From a virus (taxonomy: Duplodnaviria > Caudoviricetes): DNA of 64,000 nt. A program made the position numbers and the translations under genes. Below the pieces are notes generated by a model. That model was not told where the DNA came from. It was given only the letters and a program-made list of their open reading frames with translations, and searched no databases. Where the stretch lies: IMG/VR virus record IMGVR_UViG_3300025437_000009, one strand, 5' to 3'. Shown here one piece after another: positions 17,550 through 29,500 of the stretch. Within the stretch, counting starts at the first letter, position 1, and each line of letters opens with the position of its first letter.

Positions 17550-20500
17550 ATGGCACAAACAACCCGTCAATCAAATCTTTTAGTAAATCAGGACTGGACT
17601 AAGGTCTATCAATCGTTTACTAATGCGGACTTCACCAGTTACGATTTTGAAACACTTCGTAACTCAATGATTAACTATCTCCAAACGTACTATCCAGAGT
17701 CGTTTAACGATTTCTTAGAATCCAGTGAATATCTAGCTCTAATAGATATGGTTGCATTCCTGGGGCAGAGTTTAAGTTTCCGTACAGATTTAAATGCACG
17801 TGAAAATTTCATTGATACAGCTCAACGTCGTGACAGTATCCTAAAACTAGCCCGCATGCTGAGTTATAATCCCACAAGAACAATCAGTGCCAGTGGATTA
17901 TTAAAATTTGATGCTATCAGCACATCGCAGGCAATTACTGACAGCAACGGAATTAATCTAGCCAATACCACAGTATATTGGAACGACATCACTAACGATA
18001 ATTGGTTAGAACAGTTTACTGCGATACTTAATGCCGCACTGATCACAAATCAAGCAGTTGGCAAACCAGGAAACAGTCAAGTAATCAACGGAATTCAAAC
18101 TGACGAATATACTGTAAATTTAAATCCCAATAGTTTGCCTGTAGCACCGTTCTCAGTTAACATCCAAACTACACCAACACGTTTTGAAGCAGTCAGCGCA
18201 ACTACGCTGGGTCAAACATATATCTATGAACGTGACCCAACCATGACTGGGTTTAACATTCTTTATCAAAATGACAACAATGGTAATGGCAGTAACAACA
18301 CTGGTTTCTTCCTGTATTTTAAACAGGGATCACTACAGAGCACAAACTTTACTATTCAAAATGCTATACCAAATAATTATGTGCCCGTTACTACAAATAA
18401 CATTAACAACACTGATGGATGGCTATACAGTTTAAATGTAAACAATAGTGTGCAGACCTTATGGACACAGGTTCCAGCACTACCCGGTATCAACGTGATT
18501 TACAATCAATTGACTAACAAAAATCTATATCAGGTTAATACATTAAACAATGACCAAGTTAATCTAGTATTTGGTGATGGTTCATTTGCAAACATTCCAC
18601 AGGGTGCATTTAGATATTATTTCCGTACCAGCAACGGCCTCGCTTATACAATTACTCCCGATGATCTAGCTCGAGTAAACATTGCTATTCCTTATGTTGA
18701 TCTACACGGAGTAACTCAAACTTTAACTATCACAGCCAGCTTAAAGTATACTGTAACCAATGCGTCGGCCACACAAAGTTTAGCTAGCATTAAGACCTAC
18801 GCACCACAAAATTACTACACACAAAATCGTATGATAACATCGGAAGATTATCAAATCTTCCCACTGACAAACTTTACTAGTATTCAAAAGATCAAAGCCG
18901 TAAACCGTTTAAGTTCAGGTGTGAGTCTGTATCTTGATACTCTGGATCCAACTGGCAGTTTTAGTTCAACTAATATTTTTGGCGATGACGGCATACTGTC
19001 AGCAAACTCAACAGTTGGTAGTACAACTTTTAGTTTTTTAACTACTAGCGATGTTTACAAAGCAATTTATAATGATATTATTCCAATCATTTCAAGTAAC
19101 GGAATCAGTAACTATTACTACGCTAACTATCCTAGACTAACACCAACACACAGCAACGTAACTTGGGTACAGACTGGAAATACAACCTCTAGTAGCTATG
19201 GTAATTTAACTTATAATGGCAACGTAATCAATGTTGGCCCTGTGGCCAGCGGCAATTTGAAATATGTTACAGCAGGAGCAAGTGTACAGTTTTTAACTAA
19301 TGCCTTTGCTAATGCTACAACATTCTACAGTTCTGTTACTAATACTGTGGGAAATAGTCAAACCTACTTTGGTATGGTTGTTCCCACCGGATCCGTAGTA
19401 AAAACAATTATTCCTAAACTCAGCAATGCCTTAACCAGTAATGTGATCAGTACTATTGCTACTCAGATTCAATCAAATGTTAATTTTGGACTGACTTACG
19501 ATCAAACTAATCAGATATGGGTAAACATTCCTCCAAGCCAAATTGGTTCAAGTACTAATTGGCTATTAAAATTTACGTATACTGCTGGACTGTATAACAT
19601 TCAATATCAAAATTTACGATATATATTTGGTAGTGCGGGCCAAACACAGTTTTACTTTGATCCGACAGTCAAAGTCTACGACAGCGTGATTGGCAGTAGC
19701 ATCAGTGATATTATTAAAATTCTAAACATTAACACAAAACCAGGAAACGTTACTCCTCTGGGCACTGACATAACTTGGAATATTACCGACGTTATAACAG
19801 AAACTGACGGTTACGTAGACCCTACCAGTGTTATAGTTGCTTTCCCTCAAACACAGTTAACTGGTGTACCGGATAATCCAGATTTATATACTACAGTGGC
19901 TAATGTTGCAACCAGCCGAAATAATTTATATTTCCAATACAAACACAATAGTCCTGGCAACAATCGAATCGATCCTACCAGTGTTAATTTAATTGACATG
20001 TATATCTTAACAGCCGACTATGCAACATCATACATAAATTGGCTACAAGATTTGACCGGCACAGTCAAAGAACCAACTCCACCTACTTCAAGTAGTTTAG
20101 AAATTGCCTACAGCACATTAGATAATTTTAAAACTGTCAGCGATTCATTAATTTTTAATCCTGCACAATTTAAACCATTATTTGGCGCCAAAGCAGATTC
20201 AAGCCTACAAGCAAGATTTAAAGTAGTTATTAATCCTGCTGTGAGCATTACTGCTAATGAAGTTAAGAGTCAGGTAATTGCTGCGATCAATGACTATTTC
20301 AATGTCAACAATTGGGACTTTGGTGAAACATTTTATTTCTCTGAATTAGCCGCATACCTACATACAACGCTAGTTCCTAATATTGCCAGCGTATTAATTG
20401 TACCAACAAATGATAGTCTAGTATTTGGTAACTATTTCCAAATTAACGCTGAGCCATGGGAAATTATTACTTCAGCAGCAACAGTAGCCGATGTGGATAT

Positions 20501-20561
20501 TATTAGTGCTGTGACTGCAGCAGAACTTAATCTTGGAAATACTTTAGTAGGTACATATTAA
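17550..20561 (+). CDS. Baseplate wedge subunit, gp6-like
   Basis: DFTSYDFETLRNSMINYL...FIDTAQRRDSILKLARMLSYNP; QNRMITSEDY. Confidence 0.85.
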   Translation: MAQTTRQSNLLVNQDWTKVYQSFTNADFTSYDFETLRNSMINYLQTYYPESFNDFLESSEYLALIDMVAFLGQSLSFRTDLNARENFIDTAQRRDSILKLARMLSYNPTRTISASGLLKFDAISTSQAITDSNGINLANTTVYWNDITNDNWLEQFTAILNAALITNQAVGKPGNSQVINGIQTDEYTVNLNPNSLPVAPFSVNIQTTPTRFEAVSATTLGQTYIYERDPTMTGFNILYQNDNNGNGSNNTGFFLYFKQGSLQSTNFTIQNAIPNNYVPVTTNNINNTDGWLYSLNVNNSVQTLWTQVPALPGINVIYNQLTNKNLYQVNTLNNDQVNLVFGDGSFANIPQGAFRYYFRTSNGLAYTITPDDLARVNIAIPYVDLHGVTQTLTITASLKYTVTNASATQSLASIKTYAPQNYYTQNRMITSEDYQIFPLTNFTSIQKIKAVNRLSSGVSLYLDTLDPTGSFSSTNIFGDDGILSANSTVGSTTFSFLTTSDVYKAIYNDIIPIISSNGISNYYYANYPRLTPTHSNVTWVQTGNTTSSSYGNLTYNGNVINVGPVASGNLKYVTAGASVQFLTNAFANATTFYSSVTNTVGNSQTYFGMVVPTGSVVKTIIPKLSNALTSNVISTIATQIQSNVNFGLTYDQTNQIWVNIPPSQIGSSTNWLLKFTYTAGLYNIQYQNLRYIFGSAGQTQFYFDPTVKVYDSVIGSSISDIIKILNINTKPGNVTPLGTDITWNITDVITETDGYVDPTSVIVAFPQTQLTGVPDNPDLYTTVANVATSRNNLYFQYKHNSPGNNRIDPTSVNLIDMYILTADYATSYINWLQDLTGTVKEPTPPTSSSLEIAYSTLDNFKTVSDSLIFNPAQFKPLFGAKADSSLQARFKVVINPAVSITANEVKSQVIAAINDYFNVNNWDFGETFYFSELAAYLHTTLVPNIASVLIVPTNDSLVFGNYFQINAEPWEIITSAATVADVDIISAVTAAELNLGNTLVGTY

Positions 20562-23500
20562 TGCCTTTAATTAATACAATCAATTTTTTACCTAGTCCTT
20601 TTAGAACAACCACCAATCAACGATTCCTCGGTGCGACTCTTGATCAACTGACCATTGATGCATTTAATATTCCAGTCAATGGATATATTGGTCGTACCTT
20701 TGCACCAACATATAAATTGGGTGACAACTACGTCGCTGAAACAACTAGCTTACGTCAAAATTATCAACTTGAGCCAAGCGTTGTGGTAAAAGATGCAAAT
20801 CAAAATGTGGTATTAAACAGCACCTTCCAAGATTTCCTGCAAAATATTTCAGTCGCTGGCGGATTTGCAAACAACCAACAAAGATTGTTTACATCAGAAT
20901 ACTATAATTTTGATGGGCATTTTGACTACGATAAATTTGTAAACTATAATAATTATTATTGGATCCCAGGCGGTCCAGATGCAGTTTCTGTTTCTGCTGG
21001 TTCAACTCCTTATCTAGCAACCTACACAGTTACTAGAAATACATCAGTCAACGGATACACATTTAGCGGACTTGGTCCAAACCCTGATATCCAAATTACT
21101 TTGGCACGTGGGGGTACTTACACATTTAATGTCAATCAACCTGGATTCAATTTCTGGATACAGACTAAACCTGGCACCAGTGGTGTTGACCCTAATATTA
21201 GTACAGTTAGTACACGTCAAATATTTGGTGTACAAAATAATGGAACCGATAATGGTCAAATTATTTTTAATGTACCAAAAGCATCTGCACAAGACTTTTA
21301 TACAGAGATGCCAATTGCCGCTACAGTTAATGCCGCAGTGACCTTTAATTACACCGACATACAAAATCAACTGTTAAGTACGTTTTTGAAAAACTTTCCA
21401 GATGGCCTAGATGGTGTTACTAATCAATTACAAAACAAAACATTTATTTTCATCAATAATCAAACAGATCCAGCGTACTGGACGACTCCGGCTATACCTG
21501 ATGCATTTACTGGCGTTAATACCAGCCCTATTGCTGCTGGATCAGTTATTACTGGTGTTGCTCTTACTAACACATGGAAAATCAATCTGGTACCTAGCGG
21601 TAACGATTACCTAATTCAAGTTCAGCCTGACAGTACAGTTGCAGTACAACAACGAGTGTTTGTCGATTCAGGAAAAACTTATGCATCTACTCAATTTTGG
21701 TTAAACACAAACTATCAATATTTGGCTGTGCCTGTTGTTACTGCTGCGGCTGATTACTTGTATTATCAGGACAGCGCAAATCCAGATTTTGTTGGACAAA
21801 TTAAAATAGTTGACAATACTACTGTTCCTATTAACATCACTTCGGATATCATTGGGCAAAAATACTACACCAGTCCGAACGGAGTAGTTTTTACTAACGG
21901 ATTAAAAATTCAACTTGACAGTTTAGTAGTGCCTGCCAGCTATGCTAATAACCAATACTATGTAGAAGGTGTTGGTACAAGCATCCAATTGGTTCCTGTA
22001 GCACAACTAGTAGTACCAGAATCATTTGGCACAGAGATTTTAACTACAGCCGATTATATTACTATTAATCGTGCCAGCCAAGATCGAAATGCATGGAGCC
22101 GAACAAATAGTTGGTTCCACGTGGATGTATTAAATGCTGTATCAAAATACAATCAAACTCCTGTTAACTATGGTCCTAATATTCCTGGTCGCCGTGCTAT
22201 CATAGAATTTGAACCTAACCTACAGTTATTTAATTTTGGTCGTCAAGCCAAGGCAAACGTTGATTTAATTACGTTTGATTCAACTGATGCTTTTGTGAAC
22301 ATTGAGGGTCAAGAAAGTTATACTTTAGACGGTACACCACTAGTAAAAGGCATGCGTGTTATTTTTGCTAACGACTACGATACTACTGTCAGTAATGAAA
22401 TATGGCAAGTTGATTTTGAAGTGGTTGATAGTGTGACAGGTAATCCTTATCTAAGATTAATACCTACCAGTGATGATCCAGTAGTAACTGGCGAAAACGT
22501 ACTAGTAACACAAGGTGCCAACAGTGGAAAAACTTATTGGTTCGATGGAACCAATTGGCACGAATGTCAAGAAAAAACAGCTCTTAATCAAGAACCCTTG
22601 TTTGATTTAATAGATACTAATGGATATAGTTTTAGTGACTCTACTGTATATCCATCAAGCACGTTTACTGGAACTAAAATCTTTGGCTATGCTCATGGCA
22701 CAGGAACTAATGATTCTGTATTGGGCTTTCCTTTAACATATCAAAATTTTAACAACGTTGGTGATATAGTTTTTAATAATTTTTACGATACAGGCACATT
22801 TACCTATAACAACAGCGGTACAGTAGAAACTGTAGCATGTGATTCGGGCTATATCCAAAAAAATATAGATCTAACCGCAACCACTAAGTTAACTAATTGG
22901 ACCACAGGAGTTCAACCTACTGAGCAATATCAAGTTATTACTAAATTCTTTGATGGATATGTTGCTGAAATTAATGGTGTTAACTATGCGTTTGTGCAAA
23001 TTGATGTTCTGCCAGAATCATCAACTAATATCCCTTATGTTAAAGTTTTCTTAAACAACACACTATTAAATCCTAACACCGACTATCAAATAGTTAACTA
23101 TGGAATTTATTATGTTGTTACACTAAACACCATGCCTGCTTCAGGTGACAAGATTGATGTCGCAATTTTTAGTTCAGCCACAAGTACATTTGGTTACTAC
23201 GAAGTTCCAGAGAATCTTGACTTTAATCCATTAAACGAAACATTTACAACTATTACACTTGGGCAATTACGCACACACTATAATAAATTAATTGAAAATA
23301 CATCGATTAGTGCAACAGAATCTATACCCCATCAAGATCAATATTTAAAAGCACAAGGCGGCACAATACTACAACAAAGTAGTCCCTTAGTGTATGGCAT
23401 GACATTCTTGTCGGACCCTGTAGTTAATTATATCAAAGGTATAACTCTTGCACGTAAAGAATATCAAAGATTTAAAAATAAATTTTTGAGCCTGTGTGCT

Positions 23501-26500
23501 ACTCTACAGGGATTGGATTACAATGATCCGGCTGCTGGCGTAGACGCAATTTTATCCAACATTAATGCTGTTAAGAACAACACGTTCCCTTGGTACTACA
23601 GTGATATGGTTCCACAAGGTAACAATTATACTACCACAACATACACAGTATTAAATGCACGCCAAACTGCTTATGAAATCAACAGTATTTTTGATGTTAC
23701 TAAATTAAGTAATCGAGCAGTATTGGTCTATTTAAATGGCAAGCAACTAGTAGCCAATCATATTGATTTCTACTATGACTCGGTTAGCCCGTCGGTAGTA
23801 ATACTAGTGCCACTTAAAGTGGGAGACGTAATAACCATTAGAGATTATTCAAATACTGATGGAAATTATGTACCAGAAACTCCAACTAAGCTGGGACTAT
23901 ATCAAGAGTTTATTCCTTCTATCTACACTGACGATACTTATGTAACAACGACTCAAGTAATACTTGGCCATGATGGCAGTATTACTCCTGCATTTGGTGA
24001 TTTCCGTGATCAGTATCTATTAGAACTTGAAAAACGTATCTACAATACTCTTAAAACAGATTACAACACCTTAAATGTTTTAAATTTATATGATACTGTT
24101 CCTGGTAGATTCCGCACAACTGACTACAGCTTGTCGGAGTGGAATCAATTAATAACCAAGAATTTCCTACAGTGGGTTGGTAGTAACAGCGTTGACTATA
24201 CCACTAACAGCACTTATAATCAAGGAAATCCGTGGACATGGAACTACAGTCAATTCCCTGACTCAGTTGATGGAAGTTATTTACAAGGTTCTTGGCGTGC
24301 GGTTTACAAATACTGGTTTGACACAGATCAACCACATTTATCTCCTTGGGAAATGCTGGGCTTTAGTCAACAACCAACCTGGTGGTCAACTCGATATGGT
24401 CCTGCACCTTATACAAACGGTAACACAACATTATGGGAAGACCTTGAAACAGGATACATCTGGAACGGTAGTAACACAACCGCTTACAATGACACACGTT
24501 TTGCACGGCCTGGACTCAGTGGCACCCTAACTGGTACTCGAGGATTTATTCCAGTAGACTCTGCTGGCAACTTATTAGATCCTACTCGAATTGGCATTAT
24601 TGGAATATTAAATAGCAGTTCTGCAGGCAATAGTTGGCAAGTAGGAGAACAAGGTCCTGTAGAAACAGCCTGGCGCAGAAGTAGCGATTATCCTTATGCT
24701 ATACAACAAGCATTAGCACTGGCACGTCCGGCAGAATACTTTAGCACACAAATTGATCTCAGCAGATTTTACAAAAATTCAGTGACCGGACAATTTTCTA
24801 ATTCAGTTAATCAAAAAATTACTCCAAGTCTATTGACAGTTAACGGAGATACCGTTACTAAACCTGGTACAGTATTGCGAACAGCGGGCTATCTCAACTG
24901 GATCAGTGATTATGTTAAAAATCTTGGAATAGATCCTGTTGCTAAAATAGAAAGTTATTTTAGTAATTTTAATGTACAGCTTGCGTATCGTGTTGCCGGA
25001 TTCACTGATCAAAATTTAATTACAGTTTCAGCAGAACAAACTAGTCCTGGCAGTACCAATGCGTCAATTATCATACCTAACGAAAATTTTAATATCTATG
25101 TTGGCGATCCAATGCCTTCCTCTGTTGTTACCTATAGCGGAGTGGTTGTAACACGAACTGCTACAGGGTACAGCGTTGCAGGATACGATACTACCTATCC
25201 GTTCTTTACTATTTTACCAAGTATTGTTAATAGTAAATCGTCAACAGTTAAATCAAACAACTTGACTGCTACCATATATCAAGATGGCGCTACTACGACA
25301 ATGGCAATTCCATATGGAACTACATTTTCAACAGTACAACAAGTAGCAGATTTCTTAGTTAGTTATCAACGCTACTTAACAAAACAAGGTTTTGTATTTG
25401 ATCAATTTGATTCAGATTTATCAATGACTCGTGACTGGACTTTAAGTGTACAAGAGTTTTTATACTGGGTTCAACAAAATTGGTCAGTGGGTACAGTAAT
25501 TGTTTTAAATCCTGTGTTTGATACACTGAAATTCCAAGCCAATGGATCAGTGGTTGGTGAAATTACAAATCTGCCAAACGACAGTCGATTGCTAGACACA
25601 AACTTTGCACCAATTAAGAGTAACAATTTTGATATACTTAGACAGGATACACCTTTTGGCAATGCATTTCAAATTAATACACTCAATGGCCTAACAGGCA
25701 TTGGCTTTGCACAGTTAAATTTAATTCAGTTTGAAACAACACTAATATTTGACAACGTTGATAATTTTGGCGATATCATTTATGTACCAAGTCAAGGCAC
25801 TCGACAATATCGATTAAAATTATCTGGTGCTAAAACAGGCCTATGGGACGGTTCGATAAGTGCAACCGGCTACATTTACAGTAACCCACAGATCAAAAAC
25901 TGGCAACCAGGCACAGATTATCGTCAAGGTGATATAGTCCTGTATAATAACAACTACTATACTGCACCAAACGACATTGTGGCTAGCCAACAATTTTCAT
26001 TGACATCTTGGACACAGATCAGCGCATCGGATATTCAAACAGGTCTCCTACCTAGTTTTGGACACAATGCACAGGTATTTCAAAATATCTACGACGTAGA
26101 TAATCCTCCGCAGGATAAAAACTTCCAAACATTCAGCGCAGGCCTAATAGGTTTCCGCGATCGACCATTCTTGGGCAATTTGGGATTGAGTATTCCAACA
26201 CAAACAAAATTCTATCAAGGATATATCAAACAAAAAGGCACACAGAATGCAATAACTTCTTTGACTAAAGCCACATTTGATAATTTAAAGAGTACTATCA
26301 GTACCTATGAAGAATGGGCGTTCCAAGTCGGTCAATACGGAGATATTACTAGCAATCAGTACACAGAATTTGTATTAGACCAAAGTGTGTTCTTAACTAA
26401 TCCTGTGGCATTCACCGCTTATAATTCTTACAATGCTGGAAATATTATTGTTAACCTTGCGGTAACTGGTAACACTACAACATCTAACGTCTATAATGCA

Positions 26501-29500
26501 AGTAATATCTACAGCACTACTACAAGTTTATACAACAATCGAAACAATGTAACTTATCCTGCAGACTTGCCTACCTGTGGATATGTAAATTTAGCCGATG
26601 TTACTTATCAAATTTTTGATATAACAACTGTAACTACACTTCCAACATTATCAGCTGGTAATACAATTTGGGTAGCTAAAGATGCTAATGCAAACTGGAA
26701 CGTGTTTAGAGTCAATAGCACTGGTCTTACAGCAACTACATTAAATTATACACTTGATAATTTTGCACAAGTGGTCTTTAATACCACACACAGTTTTAAT
26801 ATTGGCGATTATATCGTACTGCAAAACTTCAACACCGCGTATGATGGGCTGTACCAAGTAGCTGGTATTCCAACTTCAACTAGCGTGACTGTTACCCTAC
26901 AAAATCCATCTACTCTGATTGGAGTTGGTGGGGCTATTACAGGGGTTGGTACCGTATTTGTATTCCAATCAGTGGTGCTTGCAACTTCTAACACCATTGG
27001 AAATAATCCTCCATATGGTGGTTGGGTCAGCGGAGACATAGTATGGGTTACCAATGACTTAGAGCCTAGTGCAACTGGATGGGCAACCTATACATATAAT
27101 GGGTCTTCTTGGTCACGCACTCGACAACAACAACCGAGTGTTGATATCACCAGCATTAATAGAACATTTATCTATAATAAACTGAATAACGTTATTTTAG
27201 CTGCACTTGATTTTGTTGATCCAGCCAAAGGCAAGGTATTAAATGCAGTTGGTCAAGACATTGATTATCAATTGACTACAGACCCTGCATACTATAGTGC
27301 TGGCACTGGAGAAACGCAAACAAACTTCTACTGGGGCCCACAACAGGTTGGCAAAATTTGGTGGAATGTTGATCAAGTGCGTTATATTAACTATGAACAA
27401 GATGCATTGATCTATAGATTAAACAACTGGGGTGCAACATTCCCGGGAAGTCAAATTTTAGTATGTGAATGGGTTGAAAGTCCTGTATTGCCTAGTCAGT
27501 ATGTAGCTACCGTGGGCGACGGAGTTCCTCTGTACCCAGATGACACAGCATACTCTACCTATGGAAGTGTTGGCCCGTCGGGTAATGTCACAGTAACATA
27601 TTATTTCTGGGTAGTAAATAAAACTTCTATTAATACTTCTGCTGGTAAATCAAATAGTGCTTACAATATTGCTATTGCAATTAAAAATCCGCAGGCCCAA
27701 GGAATTCCTTATGCAACCGTATTGCGTGATGATACCATAGCATTATATAACATTAATCAATACCTAGTTGGACAAAATAGTGTTCTGCATATTGATAGTA
27801 AAAATATTGCTTCAATGGGATTGATACACAGTGAATATTCACTGGTACAAGAAGGCAATCCTATCAGCCAAATTCCTTCAGTAATTGAACGCAAACTAGT
27901 TGACAGCCTAGCAGGGCAAGATAGTGCGGGTAATCCAGTTCCAGATCCTGCATTAACACCAGCACAGGCCTATGGTATACAGATTCGTCCTCGTCAAAGT
28001 ATGTTTATTGACCAGACTCTAGCAAGAAGCAACTATATTACCTATGTAAATGATGTCTTAATAGCTTATCCAGTAATTGAAAATAAGTTATTGACGACAC
28101 TAAACAGCCAAGAAAATCCGCCGGGTCCTAACGCAGGCGCATATAGTTTAACTGTAGATACTTACAGCGAATTAAGTTACATCGACACTGGATTAATAAC
28201 TACAGGGTACGCAGTTCTCGTCAACACTGACACCAATAACCATAATAAGTGGGCCATATACACTTGGAATACTCCTACCACTGGCAAATGGAATTTAAGT
28301 CGAGTACAGAGGTATAAAACAAACCATTATTGGAATTATGCTGATTGGTATGAAACTGGATACGATTATACAGTGGCTCCAGATGTTACAGTCAGCAATC
28401 TATTAGATTATGGTAAATTAACTTTAGTTGCTGGACAATACATTAAAGTATTAAACAATGGTAACGATCAATTTGTTGTGTACTATGTCAACAGCGACTT
28501 AACCACAACATTAGTGGGTATACAGAATGGTACTATACAGTTCTCAACTGGCACAATACCTGCACTTGAAATGCGAGAGTTAGCTCTAGCAATTCAAAAT
28601 GATATCTTTATCAATGACCTAGCCAGCAACTATAATCAATTGTTCTTTACAATGGTCAAGTATGCACTGACTGAACAAAAGAATTTAGATTGGGTATTTA
28701 AAACAAGTTTCCTAAGTGCAAAACAGTATATTCGCGCACTGGCACAATTCCCAAGTTATATTGCTGATAATCAACAGTACTACTTAGATTACATTAATGA
28801 AATTAAACCATATCGTACAACTGTTCGACAGTTCGTTGTAGATTATCAAGGCAACGATCAATATTCGGGCGATATGAGTGACTTTGATTTGCCACCATAT
28901 TGGGATGCCAATTTATCTGTGTATCGTAGTCCAAGTGGCGAACAGTCATATGACACAGCATTATTAAGCACTACCGATAGTGTATACAGTTCTTGGTATA
29001 ACAATTATAAATCTCAAGTAGTGGCGATTGTTGTTGAAACCCCCGGTACTGGATATATATCTCCGCCTCAGATTAGTATTGTCGGTGGCGACGGAACTGT
29101 AGCTAATGCAGCAGTGGCTTACGCAACACTCAATGGCTCTGGCGGTATTGGCGAGATCATTGTTACCGCCGCAGGAAACAACTACACAACTACACCAACA
29201 GTTGTAATAAATGGCACAGGTACTGGCGCTAGCGCATACGCGGTTTTACGAAACGTGTATGATGGAAATCAACAGGGTCATAACGTGGTTAGAACAATTA
29301 ATACGACCATTAAGTTTGATCGTGTTAACTATACTGCTCCTAATACTTTTGTATTCTGGAGTAATATTACCAGTGCAAATGTTGGACAAACAATTCCTGC
29401 CAATACTATTATTGTTAATAATGGTCTCCTGTATCTTGTAGGTAATACTGTTACTATTGATGCAAACGTTGACTTCCCATTTGCTAATGTGTCGACTATT

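Noticed and set aside
11169-20561. Bacterial eCIS/T6SS/tailocin locus
   Set aside because: Context includes a gp55-like sigma with matching late promoters, gp46/47, thyA/DHFR and a homing endonuclease, indicating a phage genome.
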